From positions 15,127,558 through 15,191,557 of the forward strand of contig NC_090399.1 in NCBI RefSeq assembly GCF_036365525.1: a stretch of DNA of 64,000 nucleotides, written 5' to 3'. Both the position numbers and the translations under genes were made by a program. The notes beneath the pieces are model-generated. The model was not told where the DNA came from and ran no database searches. It worked only from the letters and a program-made list of their open reading frames with translations. This document shows positions 48,337 to 61,125 of the stretch, piece after piece. Position 1 is the first letter of the stretch, and the number at the start of each line of letters is the position of its first letter. Origin of the DNA: Heterodontus francisci. Lineage: Eukaryota.

Positions 48337-50270
48337 ACTGTTCCTGATTACCTTGAGTTTTTCTCAGTGCCCAGCTAAAGCCTCCTTAATAATCGATTCT
48401 AATACCTTCCCAATGACAGACGTCAAGCCAACTGGCCTATAGTTACCTGTTTTCTGCCTGCCCGCTTCTTGAATAGAGGGGATATATTTTCTACTTTCCA
48501 GTCTGATGTAAACTTTCCAGAATCTAGCGCATTTTGAAAAATTAACACCAACACATCCACTACCTCATTCGCCACCTCTTTTAAGACCCTAAAATGAAAC
48601 CCATCAGGACCTGGGAACTTGTCAGCCCGCAGCTACATCAGTTTGCTCAGTAATGCTTCACTGGTGATGGTAATTTCAGAAGGTTCCTCTTCTTAACACC
48701 TCCTGATTTTCTGCGATGACTGGAATGTTTTTTGTATCCTCTATAGTGAAGACAGAAGCAAAATATCTGTTCATTTCATCCGCCATTTCCTTATTATCTA
48801 CTATTAACTCCCCATTCTCACTCTCATGAGGACCAACACTCACTTTATTTTATTTATATTTAGAGATACAGCACTGAAACAGGCCCTTCAACCCACCGAG
48901 TCTGTGCCAACCAACAACCACCCATTTATACTAACCCTACAGTAATCCTATATTCCCTACCAACTACCTACACTAGGGGCAATTTACAATGGCCAATTTA
49001 CCTATCACCTGCATGTCTTTGGCTGTGGGAGGAAACCGGAGCACCCGGCGAAAACCCACACAGACACAGGGAGAACTTGCAAACTCCGCACAGGCAGTAC
49101 CCAGAATCGAATTATGGTTCCTGGAGCTGTGAGGCTGCAGTGCTAACCATTGCGCTCACTTATTCTGTGCCTTTGAAATACCTGTAGAAACTCTTGCTAT
49201 CAGTTTTTATAGTCCTAGCTAACTTAGTCTCATATTCTAGTTTCATTCTCCTAGTTAACCTTTTCGTCATTCTCTTCCATTCTTGATATACTGACCAATT
49301 GTCTAACCTGCCACTCACCTTTGCACAATTATTTGCCTTTTCCTTAAGTTTGATGTTTTCCTTAACTTTTGTAGTTAACCAAGGATGTTGGGTCCTCCCC
49401 TTAGAATTTTTCTTTATAGTAGGAATATACTTACTCTGAGTATTCTGAAATATCCCCTTAAATGACTGCCACTGCTTTTTCCTATTTCCTAGCTGAGTAA
49501 CCCAGTTCCCTTCAGCTACTTCAGCTTTCATGTCCACATAGTTGCCCTTATTTAAGTTTAAAATACTAGTCTTAGACCCACTTCTATCTCTTACAAACTG
49601 GATGCAAAATTCAATCATATTGTGGTCGCTGATACCTAGAGGTGCCTTTATTCTGAAGTCATTAATTAATCCTGTCACATTACACAATACCAATTCTAAT
49701 AGAACCTGCTCTATGGTTAGTTCCAAAACGTGCTGATCTAAGAAACTATCTTGAAAGCACTCCTCATCCAAGCTACAATTTCCAATTTGATTTTCCCAGT
49801 TTATATATAGATTTAAATCACCCATAATTATTGCCATTCCTTTATCACAAGCACCCAATATTTCTTCTTGTATACTTCATCCTACATTGTGGTTAATGTT
49901 AGGGGCCTGTAGCCCACTCCCATTAGTGACTTCTCTCCCCTACTATTCCTCATCTCCACCCAAACCAATTCTACATCCTGATCTCCCAAAACAAGGTCAA
50001 CCTTAACTATTACACAAATGCCATCCTTGATTGATAGTGCTACCCCTCCACCTTTTTCTAGCTTCCTTTACTTCTTGATCGTCATATACCCCTCAATATT
50101 CAGGACCCAATCCTTATCATCCTGCAACCACGTCTCCACAATAGCTATCGGATCATATTTATTTACTTCATTGTGCACCATCAGTTTGTCTACTTTGTTA
50201 TGAATGTGACGTGCATACAGATACAAAGTCTTTAGTTTTGTCTTATTGTTATCTTTGTAACATCTAAACA
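48337..50270 (-). mobile_element. CR1 ORF2 5' part (APE + linker), split by an HE1 SINE
   Basis: ORFs 50068-50316 and 49160-49858 homologous to the 202-3203 CR1 subfamily. Confidence 0.88.
48858..49157 (-). mobile_element. HE1-type V-SINE
   Basis: Full head/V-domain/tail; flanking ctcact(t)tatt duplication. Confidence 0.9.
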
Positions 50271-52947
50271 GACTTACCTTCAAGAGCAGAGAGCAGTTGG
50301 ACCTTTGTGGGAGCACCTAAAACAGGGCGCAGATAAATTCAACACCAGGCTTGGGGCGTTCACTTACCTTCAGGAGCGGAGAACAGTCGGACCTCTTCAG
50401 GAGTTGGTGCGGCACTGACTGAGTTTGAAAAAAAGATTCGAACAGTGACATCACAGGAAAATTGCAAGGTTGGTGAGTAACTGCAGTTAGGTAGTATCAG
50501 TAAATAGCTGGGTCAGGAACTAAAGTAAAGAGAAAGTTCAGGTCTACACTTTTTTTTATAAAGTAAGTAATTTTTTTTAGGGAATCAAGGTCCGTAGTGT
50601 AAATAATCTCTCATTTTGAATAATTTAAGGGTGTAGATTAAGGTTAAGTCATGGCAGGGCAGCTCGGCAGCGTGGAGTGCTCCTCCTGTGAAATGTGGAA
50701 AGTCAGGGACACTTCCAGTGGCGAACACATGAGCAGGAAGTGTCTCCGCCTGCAGCTACTCGAAATCCGTGTTTCAGATCTGGAGCGGCAGCTGGAGACA
50801 CTGTGGAGCATATGTGAGGTGGAGATCATCATAGATAGCACGTGCAGGAAGGAGGTCACACCGCAGGTAAAGACAAGCAGAAAGGGAATGGGCGACCGTC
50901 AGGCAGAGTAGAAGAACTAGGCGGGGTAGTTCAGGAGTCCCCTGGGTACATCTCCCTCTCTAACAGACTTTCCCCTTTGAATACCGTTGGGGGAGATAGC
51001 TTCTCAGCAGAATGCAGTGGCACCACAGATATCTCAGCTACACAGGAGGAAAAAGAGTGAGGGAGCTATAATGATAGGGGATTCTATCGTAAGGGCACAA
51101 CTAGGCGTTTCTGTGGCCACAAACCTGACTCCAGGCTGATATGTTGTCTCCCTGGTGTTAGGGTCAAGGATGTCACAGAGTGGCTGCAGGAAATCCTGAA
51201 GGGACGGATGAACAGAGGTCGTGATTCACATTGGTAACAATGATATAGATAGAAAGAGGGATGAGGTCCTGCAACAAGAATTTAGGGAGTTAGGTAGCAG
51301 ATTAAAAAGCAGGATGGCAAAGGTTGTAATCTCTGGATTGCTCCCAGTGTCACGTGCTAGTGATTTTAGGAATAGGAGGTTAGAGCAGATAAATGAGTGG
51401 TTGCAGAGATGGTGCAGGAGGGAGGGCTTTATTTTCCTGGATCACTGGGTCTGTTTCAGGCGAAGAGGGACCTGTACAAGTCCGACAGGTTGCACCTGAA
51501 CAGAAACGGGACCAACATCCTTGCAGGAAGGTTTGCTAGTGCTGTTGAGGGACGGCGGGGGGGGGGGGGGGGGGGGGAGACAGGTGGTGGTGGGAGGGGG
51601 TGGTGGTTAGACTAATTTGGCAGGGGACGGAATACCAAGTGGAGGTAACGTAGGATGTGATGCACAGCCAATATAGAAGCGAAACTAAGTCAGTCTGGAA
51701 GGCAGAGTAAATATAGACCTGTTAAGGCATAAGCGAATAATGCAAGGCTGGGTTGCAAGGATTGGCAGCTCAATATTCCGGCGTATGGAATCTTCAAGAG
51801 TGACAGGGGTGGGGGCGGGGGATGTCATTGTACCATTAATCAAGCACTCAATTACTGCAGTAAGCAGGGATGATATCTTGGAAGGTTCCTCAAATGAGGC
51901 TATATGGGTAGAACTTAAAAACAAAAAGGGGAAAATCACTTGGCTGGGAGTGTACTGCAAGCCTCCAAACAGTCAGGGAGAGATAGAAGAGTAGATATGT
52001 AGGCAAATCTCAGAGAGATGTAAAAATAATAGGTTAATAATAGTAGGGGATTTCAACTTCCCCAATATTAACTGGGGTAGTCTTAGTGCAAAAGGCTTAA
52101 AGGGGGCAAAATTCTTAATGTGCATTCAGGAGAAGTTTTTGAGCCAGCACGCAGAAAATCCTGCAAGTGAAGGGGCGGTACTGGACCTAATCCTCGGGAA
52201 TGAAGCCAGACAAGTGGTAGAAGTGTCAGTGGAGCAGCATTTCTGGGATAGTGACCATAATTCTGTAAGATTTAAGGTAATTATGTAAAAGGGCAAAGAT
52301 GGACCGGAAATAAAGGTACTGAATTGGGAAAAGGCCAATTTTAACATGATAATACAGGATTTGGCCAAAGTGGACTGGGAGCAGCTACTTGTAGGAAAGT
52401 CTACATCAGACCAGTGGGAGTCATTCAAAGAGGAAATAGTGAGAATTCAGGGCCAACATGTTCCCCTGAAGAGTAGGACCAACAAGTCCAGCGAACCCTG
52501 GATGTTAAGGGATATAGAGGATTGGATAAGGAGAAAAAGGGAGGTTTATGGCAGATTCAGAGAACTGAAAACAGCAGCAGCCCTAGAGGAGCACAGAAAG
52601 TGTAGAGGGGAAATTAAAAAAGTAATTCGGAGAGCGAAGGGGTGGCATGAAAAAAACACTGGTGGGCAAGATAAAGGAAAATCCCAAGGCATTTTACAAG
52701 TATATTAAGGGCAAGAAGATAATCAGGGAAAGGTTCGTGCCTATTAAGGACAAAAATGGCAATCTATGTGTGGAGCAGAAGGATGTAGGTAAGGTTTTAA
52801 ATGATTACTTTTCATCTGTGTTCACTATGGAGAAGAACGATGTCGGTGTAGAGATCAGGGAGGGGGACTGTGATGTACTTGAACAAATTAGCATTGAAAG
52901 GGAGGAGGTATTAGCGGTTTTAGTGGGCTTAAAAGTGGATAAATCTC
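50271..52947 (+). mobile_element. CR1 5' portion (5'UTR, ORF1, APE, linker), 3'-truncated
   Basis: MAGQLGSVECSSC…KCLRLQLL, IHIGNND, DRLHLN, GDFN, KENPKAFY, ends at VDKSP. Confidence 0.88.
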
Positions 52948-53680
52948 CTTATGTTGCGCAGTGTTTGCAGTTCCGCTTCCAGATCAATAATCCTGATCCG
53001 GAAGTCCTCGAGCTGCTTACACTTTCTGCAGACATGTTTCTCCTGGATCGCCTTGTCATCCAGGAGGTCCCTCATACCACAGCTGCAACACAACACTGGT
53101 CCAGCCATTGTTATTTACCCTAATAGTTAATTTACTTTAATTACTTTCTTAATTAACTAAGAATAATGCCTATGTATTGTAGAACTTACTGCGCTTATTA
53201 AATGCTCCTACCACTTTCAACTAAAGTTATTCTATTCTTGATTACATAGTAATTACCTCCTGGTAATAGGCCAATTCTAATAACCCTTACTACTACTAGT
53301 AAACCTTGCAAATAATGATAAATGCTAATAATGCGTAATGCAATTAATGTATTAAGTTGTCCAAATTTGAGCGAATACACCCCCTGCGTGTCCCTCTCAC
53401 TCTGTATGATAAATTATCAAATCCACTTCAGTTTTTAATTTACACACTAATGAATAGATCAAGTCTTATTTTATATTTGATTGATTGAGATTAAGTTAAA
53501 TTAAAAGCTTACTTGCATATTGACCCTGGCCGGCTTTCTGCTTCGCTGCGCTCTCTGTCATTCTGTCACTCCGATGTCACTTTTCAATCTTTCCCCCTGC
53601 TCCCGCTGCTGTCTCTCTCGCCTCCGATTTCTTGGTGCGCTTTTTATATCTCTGCTCCCGCTGCTCTCTCTCTCTCTCTT
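52948..53680 (-). mobile_element. 5' end of a different CR1 (5'UTR + ORF1 zinc-finger/zipper)
   Basis: Minus strand from ~53108: MAGPVCCCSCGMRDLLDDKAIQEKHVCRKCKQLEDFRIRIIDLEAELQTLRNIR. Confidence 0.8.
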
Positions 53681-53724
53681 GTGAGATATATGTAGATTTA
53701 AACATCTCCAATATTTCAATTCAG

Positions 53725-54328
53725 TTATAAAAACAAGAAATTTTGGAAATACTCAGCAGGTCCAGCAGCATCTGTGGAGAGAGAAGCAGAGTTAACGTTT
53801 CAGGTCAGTGAAGCTTCATCAGAATGGGCACAGGCTAGAAATGTAATAGGTTTTAAGCAAATAAAGCAGGAGTGGGGCAAGGGTTCAGCAAAGAGAAGGT
53901 ATTGAAAGGACAAGACAAACGATATGTTGACGGTGTGCTAAAAGACAATGTATTAGTGCAGACAGGGTGTTAATTAACAAAAAAATACAACAGCCTGGCC
54001 CAAAGCACAAACATGAATAAAAAGCAGTGAGTAGGTACATGGTAAAAAAAATGAATGATGAAACAAAATGAAATAAACAAATAAAAAAGAAAAAAGAACT
54101 AAAAATAAAAAGGGTGGGGGGTCGTCATGCTCTGAAATTTTTGAACTCAATGTTCAGTCCGGCAGGCTATAGTGTGCCTAATCGGTGAATGAGTAGCTGT
54201 TCCCCGAGCTTGAGTTGATGTTCACCGGAACACTGCAGCACTTCCAGGACAGATATGTGGGCATGAGAGCGGTGTGGGGCGAGGGGCATAGATGTTGAAA
54301 TGGACAGCAACTGGAAGCTCAGGGTCAC
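53725..54328 (-). mobile_element. Penelope-like element 3' part with hammerhead (~53782-53825); continues at 59532
   Basis: Minus strand ccattCTGATGAagcttcactgacctGAAAcgttaact; joins …gggtca|tgcttccggact across the CR1 insertion. Confidence 0.85.
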
Positions 54329-54570
54329 GGAAACATAGAAAATAGGTGCAGGAGTAGGCCATTCGGCCCCTTGGGCATTCTGCGCCATTCATAAAAGATC
54401 ATGGCAGATCGTCTAGTTCAGTACCCTGTTCCTGCTTTCTCTCCATATCCCGTGATCCCTTTGGCATTAAGAAATATATCTATCTCCTTCTTGAATATAT
54501 TTAATGACTTGGCCTCCACTGCCTTTTGTGGTAGAGAATTCCACAGGTTCACGTTCATTTGAGGGAAGAA

Positions 54571-54899
54571 GGCACAGTGGCGCAGTGGTTAGCACCGCTG
54601 CCTCACAGCTAAAGTGATCCGGATTTGGTGCTGAGTACTGCCTGTGCGGAGTTTGCAAGTTCTCCCGATGACTGTATGGGTTTCCACAAGATGCTCCTGT
54701 TTCCTCCCACCACCAAAGACGTGCAGGTTGTTAGGTAAATTGGCCATTGTAAATTGCCCCTAGTGTAGGTAGGTGGTAGGAGAATGGTGGGGATGTGGTC
54801 GGGAATATGGGATTAATGTAGGATTAGTATAAATGGATGGTTGTTGGTCGGCACAGACTTGGTGAAGTCTGAAGGGCCTGTTTCAGTGCTGTATCTCTC
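54571..54899 (+). mobile_element. HE1-type V-SINE
   Basis: ggcacagtggcgcagtggttagcacc…; aagaa duplication on both flanks. Confidence 0.9.
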
Positions 54900-56199
54900 C
54901 ACAACTTAAGAAATTCCTTATCATCTCTGTTCGAAGTGGCATACCCCAGATCGTGAGACTGTTAACCCAGGTTCTGGATCCCCAGCCATCAGGAGCATCC
55001 TCCCTGTATCTAGACTTGTTAGAGTTTTATAGGTTTCTATGAGATCCCCTCTCGTTCTTCTAAACTCTAGTGAATATAGGCCTAGTCGACCCAGTCTCTC
55101 CTCATACATCAATCCTGCCAACCCAGGTATCAGCCTAGTAAATCTTCTTTGCACGCCCTCCATGGCAAGAACATCCTTCCTCAGATAAGGAGACTAAAAC
55201 TGCGCACAATATTCCAGTTGTGGTCTCACCAAGGCCCTGTATAACTGCAGTAAGACATCCTTGCTCCAGTATTCAAATCCTCTTGCAATGAAGGCCAATA
55301 TACCATTCGACTTCCTAACTGCTTGCTGCACCTGAATGCTTGCTTTCAGCGACTGGTGTACATGGACACCAAGGTCTCGTTCCACCTCCCCCTTACCCAG
55401 TCTATCACCATTCAGATACTAATCTGCCTATCAGTTTTTACAACCAAAGTGGATAACCTCACATTTATCCACGTTATACTGCATCTATCATGCATTTGCC
55501 CACTCACCCAACTTGTCCAAATCACATTGGAGCCTCTTTGCATCCTGCTCATAACTCACATTCCACACCCCACTCCCCCCCCCCCCCCACCCCACACCCC
55601 CCCCCCACCCCCACCCACCAGCTTTGTGTGGTCTGCAAACTTGAAAATGTTACATTTAGTTCCGTCACCCAAGTCATTAATATATTTTGTGAAAAGCTGG
55701 GGCCCAAGCACTGATCCCTGATATACCCCACTAGTCACTGCCTGCCACCTGGAAAAAGACCCATTTATTCCTGCTGTCTGTTTCCTGTCTGTCAACCAAT
55801 TCTCAATCCATGCCAGTATATTGCCTCCAATCCCATGTGCTTTAATTTTGCACACTAACCTCTTATGTGGGACATTATCAAAAGCCTTCTTAAAATCCAA
55901 ATACACCACATCCACTGGTTCTCCATTATATATTCTACTATTTACATCCTCAAAAAACGCCAATAAATTTGTTAAGCATGATTTCCCTTTCCTACACCCA
56001 TACTGACTTTGTCCAATCCCGTTTATGCTTTCCATGTGTTCTGCTATCACATCCTTTATAATAGACTCTAGCATTTTTCCCATTACTGATGTAAGGCTAA
56101 CTGATCTGTAATTCCCTGTTTTCTCTTTCCCTCTTTTCTTAAATAGTGGGGTTACATTTGCCGCCCTCCAATCTGTAGGAACTGCTCCAGAGTCTATAG

Positions 56200-56773
56200 T
56201 GTAGCCAGATGGCTAACAGCTAAGCATCTGCAGAGCATGAAGTAAAAAATAGCCAGCCTTACACAACGGTGAGAACTGTGAGAAATGAACCCTCCTGAAA
56301 AAGCAGTGTGTGAGATAAGATGTGCTAATGCTAGACAAGGTCAGAAAACAAGAACAAGGCCAGCAGATGTATTTTGTTTTGCTTTTAACCAGCACTAAGC
56401 AAACAGATGACTCCAAGTCAGGGGTGTACGTGACGAAGAACATTCTCGAGGCTGGGAACAACTGGATGAAAAGGGGAGGCTAGGAGCCTGCAATAGGAGA
56501 AGACCTGCAGGACCATCACGGAAAGGGAACTTTGAGTCCATTTCAGTGAAGAGAACCCATCAGAGGGTGACTGATCATCTCGTCTCGCAACAGATAGTAT
56601 TTAAGCCCAAGCCGTTGGTCTTGTGATTTATTGTAACAAGTAGAAAGTAGTTTAACAAGTGAAGAAACAGAAGATAAGTGATTTAAGTATCAGTAAAAGT
56701 GATTATATGAAGTATTTCGTGCAGGTGTCTTTTGTCCGCCACGTCAGTTGACACTCTGGTTTGAGGGTCAACA
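56200..56773 (+). mobile_element. Solo LTR (574 bp)
   Basis: TGT…ACA termini, exact 4-bp TSD ATAG (56196-56199, 56774-56777), TATA-like gtatttaag and AGTAAA signal; CR1 ORF2 rejoins across it. Confidence 0.8.
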
Positions 56774-59531
56774 ATAGCATTTTGGAAGATGACCACCAAT
56801 GCATCCATTATTTCTAGGGCCACTTCCTTTCGTACTCTTGGATGTAGATTATCAGGCCCTGGAGATTTGTCAGCCTTTAACCCCATTAATTTCCCTAGCA
56901 CTTTTTTTTTTAACTCATACTGATTTCCTTCATTTCCCCCTCTTATTAGACCTTTAGTTCCCTAACATTTCTGAGATGTTATTTGTGTCCTCTTTTGGGA
57001 AGACAGAACCAAATGTTCTGCCATTTCTTTGTTCCCCAATATAATTTCCCCCGTTTCTGACTATAAGGGACCTAAATTTGTCTTCACTAATCTTTTTCTC
57101 TTCACATATTTATAGAAGCTTTAAAGTCAGTTTTTATGTTCCTCGCAAGTTTACTCTCATATTCTATTTCCCCCCACTTAATCAACCTCTTTGTCCTCCT
57201 TTGCTGAATTCTAAACTTCTCCCAATCCTCAGACTTGCTGCTTTTTCTGGCAATTTTATATGACTGCTCTTTGGATCTAATATTATCCCTAATTTCTTTT
57301 GTAAGCTAATTTGGTTTGACCAATCTGTATGTAGATTAAACTCATCCGTGATTACATTTGAAACCTTATTGCATGCATCTCTAATTTCCTGTTTAATGTC
57401 ATCCCTTACATCTCCACTACTGTTTGGGGGCCTATGGATAACTACCACCAACGCTTTCTGCTCCTTGATGTATCTTAGCTCCACCCATACAGATTCCACA
57501 AAATTAATTTTCCGAGCCAATATCCAACCTCACTATTGCATTGATTTCCTCCTTTACTAACAATGCTACCCCCACCTCCTTTCCCCTTTTGCCTGTTCTT
57601 CCTAAATATTGAATACCCATGGATGTTCAGTTTACATCCTTGGTCACCCTGCAGCCATGTCTCTGTAATCGCAACTATATCATAACCGTTTCTATCTATT
57701 TGCATTGTTAATTCATCTACCTTATTGCGAATGTGCCGTGCATTAAAACACAATGCCTTTAGACTTGTCTTTTTAACATTGTTCGTCATCTTCACTTTAT
57801 TTTGCACTATGGCCCCATTTGTTTCTCGCCCTTGTTTTCTCTGCCTTCCACTTTTGCTTCCTACCTTTCTGTCTTTCATTTCTATCCTTGTTTCCCCATC
57901 CTCTGTCTCCCTGCTCAGATTCCCATCCACATGCCATTCTAGTTTAAACCCTCCCCGACAGCACTAGCAAACACTATCTCCCTCCCACCCCCTCCCCCCC
58001 CCCCACCCCCACTCCCCCCCTCCCCCCCCCCCCACCCCCACTCCCACGGAAATCGGGACTGGTCGTGCCCAAGATGCAACCCGTCCAGCGTGTACTGGTC
58101 CCATCTTCCCCAGAACTGGTCCCAATGTCCCAGGAATCTGAATCCCTCCCCTCTACACCATTTCTCCAGCCGCATATTCATCTGATACACCCTGCTATTT
58201 CGGCTCTTGCTAGCACGTGGCACTGGTAATATTCCTGAGATGACTACCTTTGAGGTCCTACTTATTAATTTACATCCTAACTCCCTATATTCAGCTTGTC
58301 GGACCTCATCCCTTAATTTACCTATGTCGTTGGTACCGATATGTACCATGACAACTGGCTGCTCGCCCTCTCCCTTCAGAATGTCCTGCAGCCACTCAGA
58401 GACGTCCTTGACCCTAGCATCAGGGAGGCAATACACCAACCTGGAGTCTATTTTGCGGCTGCGGAAACGCTTGCCTGTTCCACGTACGATTGAATCCCCT
58501 ATCACTATAGCCCTGCCACTCTTCTTCCTGCCCTCCTGTGCAGCAGAGCCACCCATGGTGCCAATAACTTGGTTCTTGCTGCTTTCCCATGAGCCATCTC
58601 TCCCAACAATATCCAAAGCGGTATATCTGTTAGAGAGGAGGATGGCCACAGGGGACTCCTGCACTACCTGCCTTCCTCTACTCTTCCTGATGGTCACCCA
58701 TTCCCTTTCCACCTTTGCAGCATTTGCCTGCGGTGTGACTACCTCACTAAACATGCTATCCACGATGATCTCAGCATTGCGGATGCTCCACAGTGAATTT
58801 ACCCACAGCTCCAGTTCTGTAATGTGGGTAGCCAGTAGCTGCAGATGGATACACTTCCTGCACACATGGTTGATTTCCCACACAGCATATCACGGGTGTG
58901 AGCTCTCCTGCTATGAGTTAACTTTAGATTACTTAGTTGCTACCTTTAATTAAAAAATACTAATTACGCTAGGGGCCTTGTTCTACTCCAAACACTGCCC
59001 ACTAGAATCTAAAGTCCTTATCTTAATTTTTGAAGCTAATGGATTGCAGTAGTATAAATAGTAGAAAAAGTAGAAAACCTCACCTGAACCTACTTACCAA
59101 ACAGCTGCTTCCAGGCTCCCTGCTTCCCATGGTCAGTAAAATCCCTCACACACAACTCAAAGCCTCACTGTGTTCAAACAGCACTATTCTAATGCGTAAT
59201 TGTTAATGAATTAGACTAATTAAAACACAATCTGAGCAGTACTAACCTTATCACTTACAAGGTAGCTATTTTGAGGGTTTAAATAAGAACATTCCACGCC
59301 CCCCCCCGCCATTTTTAAGTTATTTACAGGTAATAGCAGCTGTTACTTATCAACCAATCAGCTTACAGATCTCCCATGATGTCGCTTGTAGATTTTTTCC
59401 CTCTTTTGAAACTCAGAGCGTGCCGACACAGCAAGAGAGCAGCCGCCCACGACTGCCACTGCTCCTGTCCAAGGGTCCGGATTCGCCTCCTCCCAAGTCT
59501 GCTGCCGACTTACGCTGCTCCAGTCGAAGAA

Positions 59532-59950
59532 TCATGCTTCCGGACTTAGTGGAGGTGTTCTGCAAAGCGGTCACCCAATCTGCATTTAGTCTCCCCAAGG
59601 TAGAGTAGACCACATCGTGAGCAGCGAATACAGTATACTAAATTGAAAGAAGTACAAGTAAACCGCTGCTTCACCTGGAAGGAGTGTTTGGGGCCTTGGA
59701 TAGTAAGGAGAGATGAGGTACATGGGCAGGTATTACACTTTCTAGATTCCACGGGAAGGGACAAGGTGTTGGAGGTAATGGAGGAGTGGACCAGGGTGTC
59801 ACCGAAGGAATGATTCCTTTGGAATGCTGACGGGGGAGGGGAGGGGAAGATGCATTTAGTAATTACATCACGCTGGATGTGACGGAAATGGTAGAGGATG
59901 ATCCTTTGGATGTGGGGCCTGGTGGGGTGGAAAGTGAGGACAAGGGAACA
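59532..59950 (-). mobile_element. Penelope-like element, GIY-YIG endonuclease region
   Basis: FTCTSFNLVYCIRCSRCGLLYLGETKCRLGDRFAEH. Confidence 0.9.
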
Positions 59951-60490
59951 GCATCTCATTTACTGATTAGGCCCACTACAGCTTGCCAGACTGAATATTA
60001 AGTTCAATAATTTCAGAGCATGACTCCCCTTCCCACCCCCGCCCCATCCCCCACCCTTTTATTTTTAGTTCTATTTTTTTTATTTGTTCTATTTTCTTTC
60101 ATCATTCATTTTTTTTTTACCCTGTGCCTACACACTGCTTTTCTCACATTTGTGCTTTGGGACAGGTTGTTCTATTTAACACCCTCTCTGCACTAACACT
60201 TTGTCTTTCAGCACACTATTACCATACCGTTTGTCTTTGCTGCATGGCGTTCTGGTCAGTCATTTTCTGACCTTGTCCTTTCAAATCCTTCTCTTTGGTG
60301 AACTCTTGCCCCCATGCCTGCTTTATGTGCTTAAAACCTATTACATTTCTAGTCTTTGCCCATTCTGATGAAGGGTCACTGATATGAACTCTGCTTCTCT
60401 CTCCACAGATGCTGCCAGACCTGTTGAGTATTTCCAGCATTTCTTGTTTTTATTTCAGACTTCCAGCATCGGCAGTATTTTGCTTTTATT
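59950..60490 (+). mobile_element. Inverted Penelope 3'/pLTR segment
   Basis: Reverse-complement copy of 53725-54200; hammerhead core partly deleted (ctgatgaagggtcactgatatgaactc). Confidence 0.8.
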
Positions 60491-61125
60491 TCAATTCAAT
60501 TCAGTTAGTTGAAGGGCATATTGTCTTTAATAAACATATATGGTCCAATTGATGTCTCGTGCTGATAAATTTTAGGCACTGTCTTAAGATGGAATTCCAT
60601 GTTTTTAATTATTTTTTTCAAACTCTTCCACTCTGTGAAGCCATTGCACATCTTTTTTATCCCCTCCATAGATTTTCATCTTCACCGTGTGAAGGGTCAC
60701 TTCATGGATATCATCGTCCGCCCTTTAAGGACACGATCGGATTTCCATTGCGTGCATTACAATATAATGTAAATAAGGCGAGTGCTATAAAGGTCGGGAG
60801 ATCCTGTCGGCCAGATTACCACCCGAGCTGGTAAAGACAAAATTCATTCTCGCCCTAAGTTTGCGGAGGTCGCCATTGTTGATTTCGGGACTGAAATTGA
60901 TTTAAGTCGATAATGCAAAGAGAGGAGTCCGTTTTACATCCCTTTAAGAGAAAATACAAACAGCTAGAGTGTAAGGCAGGCTGCGGTTCGGTATTTCCAG
61001 ATTCGCACCATCCAAGACCAATTTCACCACCTGCATTAGTTGGGATTGCTGTGCAGACTCTGGCCACAACATACGTATGGTTGTTCCCTGTTCTGGGAGC
61101 AACAGTATGGAAATCTGTCCGTTAT

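Larger units (their letters stand above)
54330..59530 (-). mobile_element. Near full-length CR1 (ORF1 57939-58883, decayed ORF2 with internal deletion), containing an HE1 SINE and a solo LTR
   Basis: 314-aa ORF1 with GDS/GTND/DGLH; ORF2 motifs; CR1 tail at 54330; 5'UTR to ~59530. Confidence 0.9.
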
